NCBI GenBank assembly: GCA_009886115.1
Contig: VFJJ01000081.1
Location: 1 to 50,578 of the forward strand
DNA from: Actinomycetota bacterium
Lineage (GTDB): Bacteria; Actinomycetota; Acidimicrobiia; IMCC26256; VFJJ01
DNA length: 50,578 bases
Direction of reading: 5' to 3'
The notes beneath the pieces were generated by a model that searched no databases, was not told where the DNA came from, and was given only the letters and a program-made list of their open reading frames with translations. Positions 1 through 8,348 of the stretch are shown here, in pieces. Position 1 is the stretch's first letter. Each line of letters starts with the position of its first letter. Position numbers and translations under genes: made by a program.

Positions 1-118
1 ACGGAGCCGGCGGCCGATCTTGGGATCGTTGCCGAACCCCACCCAGACACCGTTCACGCCGAGGTCATAACTTTTGAATTTGGGCGGGGATCAGAAAGGT
101 CTCGACTATCGTGGTGAC

Positions 119-586
119 ATGTCGTTGGTGGAAGATCTGATCACGTTGGAGGAGCTCGCCGAACACGAGGAAGACCCGGCGCGCCGTCGGACCCTGGACC
201 AGGTTCGGGCCCGCTTGGCCGGCCGCGATCGTGGGGCCAAGGTCTCTGAGGCGGCTCAAGTCCTCGGGATCTCTCAGCCCACGGTGCGTTCGTGGATCGA
301 CGCGGGAGTGCTGCCAGCGGTTGCTGGAGCGACTCCAGTGCGAGTCGACGTCATGGGTCTGGCCCATGCGAAGCGAGCGGTCGACCTTCTCCGTGTGCAC
401 CGGGAGGACCGGCACCTCCTGGCGGCCGTCATGCGACTACTCCGTGACCGGGCTGTGCTGACTGGCGATGGCGCTCGGGAGGGCTTCGCCGACCTCGCAG
501 CCAGTCGAGTTGTTCCGCTGACCGACGAGCTGCTCGACGCTCTCGGCTCCGCCTCGCAGGGGAGGAAGCGATCCGCGTCGATCTGA
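119..586 (+). CDS. Helix-turn-helix (HTH_17/excisionase-like) DNA-binding protein, possible antitoxin
   Basis: HTH motif KVSEAAQVLGISQPTVRSWIDAGVL. ATG at 119 chosen, 6 nt after a TATCGT -10-like hexamer (possibly leaderless). Confidence 0.7.
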   Translation: MSLVEDLITLEELAEHEEDPARRRTLDQVRARLAGRDRGAKVSEAAQVLGISQPTVRSWIDAGVLPAVAGATPVRVDVMGLAHAKRAVDLLRVHREDRHLLAAVMRLLRDRAVLTGDGAREGFADLAASRVVPLTDELLDALGSASQGRKRSASI

Positions 587-760
587 CGGCCACAGCAGCG
601 CGCCAGGTTCGCAATCTCCGCGGCCACCGCCGGAGGACATCGACCAGATTCGATGAACACCCCTGATATCGGAGTTCAACCCCCCTCGTGCACCACGAAA
701 GTGCTGGTCAGATCAGACATGTCCGGCCGGCGTGCCGGATGTCGTGCAGCCGCCGGACGG

Positions 761-1162
761 TCAGAGCATCTGCACGACCTCGGCGAGATGGCCTTCGGGG
801 TCGGCGACGAAGCCGACGAGCATGGGCCCGCCGATGCTCGGGTCACGGGGCGCCTCACGCACCGATCCGCCCGCGGCCTGCACCCGGGTGAAGAGCTCGT
901 CGATGTCGGACGTGGTGAAGCCCAGGATGACCTCGCCTTGCGGCGGTGCGCCCCGGTCGAGCCAGGTGAGCAGGATCAGACCGCCGCCCATGGCGCCCTC
1001 CTTGCCCAGGATCATCTCGTCGATCGGCGATCCCTCGATCTCGGCCTTGACCCGCTGCAGCTCGGTGAGCCCGAACACGTCGCAGTAGTAGCGAGCCATC
1101 CCCTCCAGATCGTCGACGACCAGCTTGGTGAAGGCGTAGCTCGTGACTGCTCGATCGGCCAT
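761..1162 (-). CDS. VOC/glyoxalase family protein
   Basis: FTKLVVDDLEGMARYYCDVFGL ... GFVADPEGHLAEVV. Start trimmed to the ATG preceded by GAGGAG. Confidence 0.85.
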   Translation of the reverse strand: MADRAVTSYAFTKLVVDDLEGMARYYCDVFGLTELQRVKAEIEGSPIDEMILGKEGAMGGGLILLTWLDRGAPPQGEVILGFTTSDIDELFTRVQAAGGSVREAPRDPSIGGPMLVGFVADPEGHLAEVVQML

Positions 1163-1442
1163 GACCGGTGCTCCTCGACTCGGGGTCGTCATCGTGATCG
1201 ATGACCGGGCCCCGTCGCCAGATCGACCGATGCCGATTCGCGCTCGCTCGCGCCATGGGCCCGGCGCGCTCGCCGGATGTCGGCTCCCTGTCGAGCACGA
1301 AGCCGTCGCCCAGATCCGTGGCCATCGGCCATGATGACGGGCCCGATCAGCACTGGTGTCTGGCGTCGTTCCGGCACGAGAGCGGCGCACGCGTGGGCCG
1401 AGCCCGCCACGACCAGCAAGCGCCCAACGCAACTCGGAGGTC

Positions 1443-2651
1443 ATGGTGAAGGCGAGGCTCGACGCTGCGGAGACCGATCGCCCGTACCCGGCTCGAACCG
1501 GTCGGCTCCCACGTCATCTCCACGTGCTGACGCCCGAGTGGTTGACGGGGTTGTTGGGGAACCGCTACCCCGGCGTCGTGGTGGACGACTTCGAGGTGGT
1601 CGAGGTCAAGAACAGCCACACCACCAAGCTGCGGTTGGCCCTCGACCTCAACGAGGTGGGTCACGCCGTGGGGATCCCGGCTCGGGTGTGCTTGAAGTCG
1701 AACTGGTCCGACGGTGTGCCGACGGGCGACATCTGCGAGCGCGAGGCGCGCTTTTACCACCTCATGGGAAATGCACTCGGTGTGCCCTTGCCTCGCACGT
1801 ACTACGCCGATTGGGACGGTGACGGTGGCGGGCGGGGCATCGTGGTGATGGAAGACCTCGCGGCCGCTCCGGGAGACTTCGGTGCGAGCGGCGATCATCT
1901 CGGCGTCGACGGTGTGGCGAAGGCGCTCGAGTCGCTCGCGATCCTGCACGGGGTCCTCTGGGACAGCCCGCAGCTGGACGACGAGCGTTGGTTGCCGCGC
2001 TCGATGGACGATCCTGTCGACACCGAGCAGGTGATTCAGCTCTACAACTATCTCGTGTTCAACATGGAAGACCCGGCTTACCGAGCGGTCGTTCCCGACT
2101 GGGTGTACGAGAATCCTGAGCGGTTGAACCATGTGCTCGACGAGCTCTCGGCCTTCGAACGTGAATTGGACGGACCCCGCTGTCTGGTCCACGGTGACGC
2201 CCATCAGGGGAACAGCTTCTTGCGGGCCGATGGGGAACGGGTGTGGCACGACTGGCAGCTCGTGCGCAAGGGCAGCCCTTGGCGTGACGTGAGCTATCTC
2301 ATCGTGGGGGCGCTCACGGTCGACGAGCGGAGTGCGTCGGCGCGTGACCTCCTCGATCACTACCGGGAGGCTCTGACCGCAACGGGCGCAACCGGTGTCC
2401 TCGGCAGAGACGAGGCCTGGGAGCACTTCCGGCGGTGGCCGGGGTACGGGATCCAGTCGTGGCTGAGCAACGTGAGCAAATGGGGTCAGGACGGCGTCGA
2501 GATGGTTCGACGCTTCTACGCGGCGGCCGACGACTACGACACGGTCGCCCTGCTGACCGCAGGCAGGACGCCACGGAGGAACCCGGCGCTCGGTGAAGGG
2601 GCATCGTCGATCTCAGCCGAGCTGCGCCGGTCGATCAGCGGAATCGACTGA
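1443..2651 (+). CDS. Aminoglycoside phosphotransferase/EcKinase-like kinase
   Basis: REARFY, VMEDL, LVHGDAHQGN and DWQ motifs; GGAGG before ATG 1443. Confidence 0.85.
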   Translation: MVKARLDAAETDRPYPARTGRLPRHLHVLTPEWLTGLLGNRYPGVVVDDFEVVEVKNSHTTKLRLALDLNEVGHAVGIPARVCLKSNWSDGVPTGDICEREARFYHLMGNALGVPLPRTYYADWDGDGGGRGIVVMEDLAAAPGDFGASGDHLGVDGVAKALESLAILHGVLWDSPQLDDERWLPRSMDDPVDTEQVIQLYNYLVFNMEDPAYRAVVPDWVYENPERLNHVLDELSAFERELDGPRCLVHGDAHQGNSFLRADGERVWHDWQLVRKGSPWRDVSYLIVGALTVDERSASARDLLDHYREALTATGATGVLGRDEAWEHFRRWPGYGIQSWLSNVSKWGQDGVEMVRRFYAAADDYDTVALLTAGRTPRRNPALGEGASSISAELRRSISGID

Positions 2652-2695
2652 GCGGATCGGTGGTTCAACGCCGTCGGGCCGTGAGGATCCACGAA

Positions 2696-2881
2696 GGGAG
2701 CGAGTATGACCGGCTCCGCGCGGTGCTCCACGACGCCGCCCGGAGGGGCCCCGATCGGGCGAACCGGTACGGCCACGCTGATTTCCGATCGCACCTCCTC
2801 GGGCGCATCGGCTGGGTCGGCGCCGAGAACGACGCCCGAGCCGCAAAGCTCTACAGGGCATTCGCCGCTATCGATTGGTAG
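2696..2881 (+). pseudogene. C-terminal fragment of a retron-type reverse transcriptase
   Basis: EYDRLRAVLHDAARRGPDRANRYGHADFRSHLLGRIGWV...RAAKLYRAFAAIDW resembles the C-terminal tail of retron-type RTs. No YADD catalytic core upstream. Confidence 0.65.
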
Positions 2882-2991
2882 TGCCGGAAGACGTCAGCGA
2901 CCGAACGCCTGAACGCCAGCGGCAGCTCGGCCGTATCTCCGTCCGATCCGACACACGGGCGCTTGCCCCGAAGACTCAACGGAGGAAGACC

Positions 2992-3504
2992 ATGTTGCGC
3001 AAGGTGTTCGTACTCATCGGCCTCGCACTAGCCACGCTCGTTCTCGCGGCGAACGCTGCAGGAGCGCTCGTCGTCGACACCGACCATCTCGTCATCAGTG
3101 ATCCGGAAGGGCGTTGGAGCATCGCTCAGCACTGGCTCGGAACTCAGCCGGCGGTCACCTGGAAGCGGGAGACTGGCTTCGACCAGGTGACCATCCAGGC
3201 CCATCTGAACGAGGCCCTGTTCAACAGCTCTGCATCGTGCGCCGAGGTCAGGGTGCGCTCGACCCGCACTGACGGCACCACGGCGACAACTCGCACTCGT
3301 ACCTGCACCGGTCAGGACATCAACATCACTCACACGGCCCAGGGCCGTCAGCTGAGCTCGGTGCGGGTGCAGCTGTTCGAGATCCACATCGACTGCATCG
3401 CCAACAACCTGACCGTCGAGAGCTGTTACGGCGGGCTCGGTGGCGGCTACGGCGGAGTGCTGAACCGCCTCGTTGGGTCGGTCACACGCTCGATGGGCGA
3501 CTGA
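2992..3504 (+). CDS. Secreted hypothetical protein
   Basis: GGAGG RBS; signal peptide MLRKVFVLIGLALATLVLAANAAGA; four Cys in the mature part. Confidence 0.75.
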   Translation: MLRKVFVLIGLALATLVLAANAAGALVVDTDHLVISDPEGRWSIAQHWLGTQPAVTWKRETGFDQVTIQAHLNEALFNSSASCAEVRVRSTRTDGTTATTRTRTCTGQDINITHTAQGRQLSSVRVQLFEIHIDCIANNLTVESCYGGLGGGYGGVLNRLVGSVTRSMGD

Positions 3505-3525
3505 CACGCCGATCGCATGGGCCGA

Positions 3526-3599
3526 TCGCTCTCGATCCCGCAACTGTCGGCGTGGCGCCCCGGATACGGGTCTCACGCCGACAGTTGGTGTTGGAGGGC
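3526..3599. repeat. REP-like palindromic element, copy 1
   Basis: Perfect 14-bp inverted repeat CAACTGTCGGCGTG...CACGCCGACAGTTG (3541-3587) between convergent genes; close copy at 5432-5506. Confidence 0.85.
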
Positions 3600-3611
3600 T
3601 CATCGGCGGCG

Positions 3612-4430
3612 TCACTCGAGGTGGATGCGCGCGGCTGAGATGTCGGGGACGGGCATGCGGCAGGTGACGCCGCCGTCGACGGGGATGATCGCCCCGGTGA
3701 TGAACGCGGCCTCGTCGGACGCGAGGAACAGCGCAGCGTTGGCGATGTCGTCGGGCATCCCGAGACGGGTGAGGTGCATGGCGCGGGTGGCGCCGCCGAT
3801 GACCGGATCGTCCATCATCTTCCAGGCCCCCGGGCTCGTGAGCACCATGCCCGAGACGATGCAGTTCGAGCGGATACCGTCGGCCGCGTACTCGACCGCC
3901 ATCGAGCGGGTCAGCGTGTTCAACGCTCCCTTGGCCATCGTGTAGGCGTCGAGGCCCGGTGTGCCGAGGATCGACGCCGCCGAAGAGATGTTGACGATCG
4001 AGCCGCTTCCCCCCGACGCCATCTCGGGGATGGCGTGTCGACAACACCACACGACCGCCTTCAAGGCGACGAGCATGATGGCGTCCATGGCCTCGTCGGT
4101 GAGCTCGGTCACCCGCCGGTCGGACCGACCGGGACCCATCAGCTCGGTGGGAGCCGCGTTGTTGACGAGCGTCGTGAGCGAGCCGTACCGGTCGATCGCC
4201 ATACGTACCATGGCGATCACGTCGGCCTCCCGGGCCAGGTCGGTCTGGACGTAGACCGCCTCGCCGCCGGCGTCGCCGATCTCACGCTCGACGGCCCGCC
4301 CGTCGTCCTCCGAGCGCCCGGTCACCACGACCCGGGCGCCCTCGGCCGCCATGCGGATCGCCGTCGCTCGTCCGATCCCCCTCGTCGAGCCGGTGACGAT
4401 CGCCACCTTGCCCGCCATCCTCGAACCCAT
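3612..4430 (-). CDS. SDR family NAD(P)-dependent oxidoreductase
   Basis: TGSTRGIG, NNAA, YTMAK motifs; GGAGGG RBS. Confidence 0.93.
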   Translation of the reverse strand: MGSRMAGKVAIVTGSTRGIGRATAIRMAAEGARVVVTGRSEDDGRAVEREIGDAGGEAVYVQTDLAREADVIAMVRMAIDRYGSLTTLVNNAAPTELMGPGRSDRRVTELTDEAMDAIMLVALKAVVWCCRHAIPEMASGGSGSIVNISSAASILGTPGLDAYTMAKGALNTLTRSMAVEYAADGIRSNCIVSGMVLTSPGAWKMMDDPVIGGATRAMHLTRLGMPDDIANAALFLASDEAAFITGAIIPVDGGVTCRMPVPDISAARIHLE

Positions 4431-4509
4431 CCGCCCTCCGATCGCCGCGATGTGGGTAGCTTGATCGTGCACGACGTCTTGGGCAACAGCTTCGGGATGG
4501 GCGGTTCCG

Positions 4510-5388
4510 TTGAACGGTCACGAGCGCGAGATCGCCGAGCTCCAGGACCGCTACGACCCGGGGTACGGACCGATGGTGGCGACTCGTCTGCGCGTGGCGA
4601 CCTGGAACCTATGGGGGCGCTACGGCCCGTGGCGGCAACGCCATCGCTCCATCGTCGAGACCTTGCGGACGATCGACGCCGATGTGATCGCGTTGCAGGA
4701 GGTGTGGGAAGACGCCGAACGGAACCAGGCCGCGGCCATAGCGGACGAGCTCGGCTACCCCGCTCACGTCTACGCCCACAACCTCGAGCGTGACGGCGTG
4801 CGCTCGGGCAACGCGGTCCTGGCCCGTTGGCCGATCGTCCGTACCGAGACCCGAGTGCTGCCCCGGGCAGCTGCGAGCGTCGCCGACGACGAGGGCGAGG
4901 AACGCCTCGCCGTCTTAGCCGAGGTCGACGGGCCCCGGGGGCCGATCCAGATCTTCTGTGCGCACTTGAGCTGGAGGGCTGACCACAGCGCCGTGCGTCA
5001 GGCTCAGGCGGGCGAGATCTGCCGGTTCGTACGGGAGTGCCGACCCCGGCGCTTCCCTGCCATCGTGGCCGGAGACCTCAACGCCGAGCCATCGAGCGAC
5101 GAGATCAGGCTCCTCACCGGCCGCGCTGCATCACCCGTCCCCGGGGTGGTGCTCCGCGACGCCTGGGAGGCCGCCGGCCGGCGCGATCCGGGCCACACGT
5201 GGTCGAACGAGAACCCCTTCGCCCGTGCCAGCCTCGACCTCGATCGTCGCATCGACCACATCCTCGTCGGGAGCCCCAAGCAGGGCGGAGCGGGGCAGGT
5301 GCTCGAGGCCTGGATCGCTGGCGACCATCCCGTGGACGGTTGGTGGGGCTCCGACCATCTCGCCGTGGTCGCCGAGCTCCGGTACTGA
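4510..5388 (+). CDS. Endonuclease/exonuclease/phosphatase family protein
   Basis: ATWNL, ALQEV, AGDLNA, RIDHIL and SDH motifs. Start uncertain (TTG 4510 or a later ATG). Confidence 0.9.
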   Translation: MNGHEREIAELQDRYDPGYGPMVATRLRVATWNLWGRYGPWRQRHRSIVETLRTIDADVIALQEVWEDAERNQAAAIADELGYPAHVYAHNLERDGVRSGNAVLARWPIVRTETRVLPRAAASVADDEGEERLAVLAEVDGPRGPIQIFCAHLSWRADHSAVRQAQAGEICRFVRECRPRRFPAIVAGDLNAEPSSDEIRLLTGRAASPVPGVVLRDAWEAAGRRDPGHTWSNENPFARASLDLDRRIDHILVGSPKQGGAGQVLEAWIAGDHPVDGWWGSDHLAVVAELRY

Positions 5389-5431
5389 CGGCGGCGTTTC
5401 GTCCGTTTCGATGGACGTGGAGGGGTCGGTC

Positions 5432-5506
5432 TCGCTCTCGGTTCTGCACCTGTCGGCGTGGCGCCCCGGATACGGGGTCTCACGCCGACGGTCGGTGTTG
5501 GAGGGC
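5432..5506. repeat. REP-like palindromic element, copy 2
   Basis: TGTCGGCGTGGCGCCCCGGATACGGGGTCTCACGCCGACGGTCGGTGTTGGAGGGC matches 3545-3599 closely; overlaps the 3' end of the amidohydrolase ORF. Confidence 0.85.
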
Positions 5507-6694
5507 GGGGAGCCCGTACAGGGCGGCGGCGTTCGCGCCCATCATCCGGGCGATGGTCTCGCCGGGGACGCATTTGCCTTCCAGTAACGCCAAGGCCTCC
5601 TGGGGCGAGGAAGCGTCGTGGTGGGGAGAGCGGGAGCCCCAGTTGACCGCTGAGCTGTACACGTCGTGCAGCTCGGCGACCGACTCCTCCCAGGCGTCGA
5701 ACGTCACCATCGTGGAGCGCTCGAACCAGAGATGCTCGGGCTCGAGGCTGACGGGGATGGGGCCGGCCGGGAACAGCCACAGGTACGTCTCGGCCTTTTC
5801 GAGTGCCAGCTCGAGCCACGAGGCCCCAGCGTGGCACATCGACAGTCGTACGCCGGGGTACTCCTCGAGGTGTCCGTAGTACATGAGGCACAGGATGGCG
5901 AACATGTTGTCCTGCACGGGCGCCACCGACTCGGCGACGGGGTGCCCGATCGCCAGGTTGCCGGCCACCCGCTCGAGGAACGGGCCGTGCGACGTGAACT
6001 CGGGATTGGTGCTCCCCGGCGACGGATGCAGGCACGCCACGATCCCCATCTCTTCCAAGGCCGCCCACACCGGGTTGAAGTCGGAGTGGTTCAAGAAGCG
6101 TCCCTGGTGGAAGGCCGGTCGCAGGTTGACGGCCCGGAAGCCCTTGCTGGCCAAGCGATCCAGCTCCCGCAAGGTTGAGGGGATCGATTGAAGCGGCAGT
6201 ACGCCCACCGGATGCAGACGGTCTGGGGCAGCCGAGCAGAAGTCGCCGATCCAGTCGTTGTACGCCCGGGCCAGGATCGCTGCTGCCAGTGGACTCTCGA
6301 CGACGGGGAGATGCTCGTTGAACAGCGTCGGGAAGATGATCTGCTGGTCGATTCCGAGGACGTCGAGGTCGCGCAGGCGGGCCACCGGGTCGGACGCGCC
6401 GGCGACCGCCGTGTGCAGCGAGGCAGGGTCGAGCGATCCGATGTCGTCGACGGTCATGCCCGGCTCCCAGCAGGCGTGGCGGTTGATCCTCGACCGATTG
6501 AGGTTGACGGCTCTTCTGCCGTTGACGACGGTCACCTCGCTCCCACGGGGCCCGTCGTCGTGGAAGAACGCGTCCTGCGCGAGGAGTCGCTCGGATTCGG
6601 ACAGATACTCGGTCCAGATCGTGAGAGGTTCCCAGACGTGCGAGTCGGCGTCGATGATCGGAAACTCCGCCGCGGGGCGGTCGTGGTCGCTCAT
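5480..6694 (-). CDS. Amidohydrolase family protein (Amidohydro_2), atypical active site
   Basis: IIDADSHVWE, ARAYNDW, CLHP. C-terminal WGSRSPHHD instead of the usual GSD-x-PH. Confidence 0.88.
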   Translation of the reverse strand: MSDHDRPAAEFPIIDADSHVWEPLTIWTEYLSESERLLAQDAFFHDDGPRGSEVTVVNGRRAVNLNRSRINRHACWEPGMTVDDIGSLDPASLHTAVAGASDPVARLRDLDVLGIDQQIIFPTLFNEHLPVVESPLAAAILARAYNDWIGDFCSAAPDRLHPVGVLPLQSIPSTLRELDRLASKGFRAVNLRPAFHQGRFLNHSDFNPVWAALEEMGIVACLHPSPGSTNPEFTSHGPFLERVAGNLAIGHPVAESVAPVQDNMFAILCLMYYGHLEEYPGVRLSMCHAGASWLELALEKAETYLWLFPAGPIPVSLEPEHLWFERSTMVTFDAWEESVAELHDVYSSAVNWGSRSPHHDASSPQEALALLEGKCVPGETIARMMGANAAALYGLPALQHRPSA

Positions 6695-8196
6695 CGGTAG
6701 ACCGCCCCAGTCGGGGAGCCGGCGGTGGTGCCGTTGCCGTTGCCGTTGCCCAGGAGCAGCTCCTGCAGCTCATTGCCCGTGCGCCGGGGATCCTTCGAGA
6801 GCTCGGCGAAGCGAGCCAGCGACTCCCCCTGCGGGAACCATTCCGGGCGATCGATCGGTGGGGCCTCGGTATCGACGAAGGTATGGGGCTCGATCCGATA
6901 CGCCCTGCGTGCGTTGCCGCCGAGCAGCTTGGCCTGGACATCCTCGGGAACACCGGCGGCGATCATCTCCCGCATGGCGCTCCACGCGTCGGCTCCGTCG
7001 GTGTGATAGGCGTCGCTGCTCCAGATGCCCAGGTCTTCGTAGAAGCGCCACTGCCGAAACGTCGGCACCTCATCCGACTCGAAGGCGATCACGCACTGCT
7101 CGGCGAAGGCCTCCGACGGCAGCCGCTTCGCGGGCGCCGTACGCTCCTTGGCGTACAGCTTGAACAGGCGGTCGCAGTGGGCGACGACCGAGCGCAGCCA
7201 CGACGAGTTCGACTCGAGGACGGCCATCTTCAGGTTCGGGTACCGGTCGAGGAAGCCCGACAGGAGCACCTGCACCAGCCAGGTCTGGGCCTCGAAAACG
7301 AACGACAGGGCCTGGGTCTCGATACGTTGGCCGGTCGCCGGGTCGGCTGCGTAGTTCGCGAACTCGCCGGGCGACACGACATACGGGAGGCGTTGGCCGT
7401 TGTAGTAATCGGCCGGGACCGGTGCGGGGAAGGTGTGCACGCCCAGCACCATCCCCGTCTCCTCGAAGGCCTTGAAGATGTGGTCGTAGCTGGCGCCCGC
7501 TGATGCGCCCGCCCCGGGGAGGATCCTGTTCGGGTAGTCGTGGCGGGCGTCGATCGGACGGATCAGTCCGAGCTGGAAGCCCTGAGCGGCGCGTCTGTGG
7601 ATCTCGTCGACGGTCGCGGCCGGCGATTGCAGCGGTAGCCATGCGGCCGGGTACAGGCGATCGGGCTCGTGATCGCAGAAGTCCCGAGCCCAGTCGTTGT
7701 ATGCCCGGGCCAAGATCCGCGCCCCGGCGGGCTCCTCGGCGAAGGGGACGTGCATCACCATCATGGTGGGGATGATCATCACCTGGTCGATTCCCATGAG
7801 GTCCATGTCGACGATCCGAGCGGCCGGATCGACCGCACCTTCGTGCTCGACCTGCTCGACCTGCTCGGGCGTGAGGCGACCCATGATGATGTCGAACAGG
7901 AGCTTGCGGATGATCGGCTTCGACATCTGGGGCCCGGCCATGTGGATGGGGTTGAAGATCGGGCGGAAGTAGTGGCTCTGCCCACCCATCACCCGTGACC
8001 GGCTGTTGACGATCGTCTCGCGCTCGTCCTGCCAGTAGAAGCGCCGCACCGTGTCGCGATCGGCCTCGGCAACGTAGTCGCGCCAGATGGAGAGGGGGTC
8101 GTTGATGTGGGCGTCGCAATCGAACACCGGGAACGACTTGCTCAGCCGCTCACCCAGGGCTGCCGAGGGATCGAACGTCGTGACCGGTTCCGACAT
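6691..8196 (-). CDS. Amidohydrolase family protein (Amidohydro_2)
   Basis: FDCDAHIND, ARAYNDW, GVHT, LDRYPNLKMAVLES, WSSDAYH; 4-nt overlap with the downstream paralog. Confidence 0.9.
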   Translation of the reverse strand: MSEPVTTFDPSAALGERLSKSFPVFDCDAHINDPLSIWRDYVAEADRDTVRRFYWQDERETIVNSRSRVMGGQSHYFRPIFNPIHMAGPQMSKPIIRKLLFDIIMGRLTPEQVEQVEHEGAVDPAARIVDMDLMGIDQVMIIPTMMVMHVPFAEEPAGARILARAYNDWARDFCDHEPDRLYPAAWLPLQSPAATVDEIHRRAAQGFQLGLIRPIDARHDYPNRILPGAGASAGASYDHIFKAFEETGMVLGVHTFPAPVPADYYNGQRLPYVVSPGEFANYAADPATGQRIETQALSFVFEAQTWLVQVLLSGFLDRYPNLKMAVLESNSSWLRSVVAHCDRLFKLYAKERTAPAKRLPSEAFAEQCVIAFESDEVPTFRQWRFYEDLGIWSSDAYHTDGADAWSAMREMIAAGVPEDVQAKLLGGNARRAYRIEPHTFVDTEAPPIDRPEWFPQGESLARFAELSKDPRRTGNELQELLLGNGNGNGTTAGSPTGAVYR

Positions 8197-8348
8197 CGGG
8201 ACCTCCTCGAGACCGAACCCGACGACAGCTCGTCAGGTTCTCGGCCGGCCCCATGCTCGATGCCTCGGGCCACGCCGTCAAGCGCGTCGACCGGCACCCC
8301 GCACAGGTGAGCGTGACGCGCGTCGCCGTCCTGTGTGACGATCGCACG

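Noticed and set aside
1270..1325. MATDLGDGFVLDREP (minus strand) as a GNAT N-terminal remnant
   Set aside because: Resemblance covers only about 15 residues; too short to support without a search.
6728..6751. Short coding microrepeats (GNGNGNG here, DPTDPTDPT near 18127, DGDGDG near 41325)
   Set aside because: Low-complexity tails or linkers with in-frame units; no sign of function.
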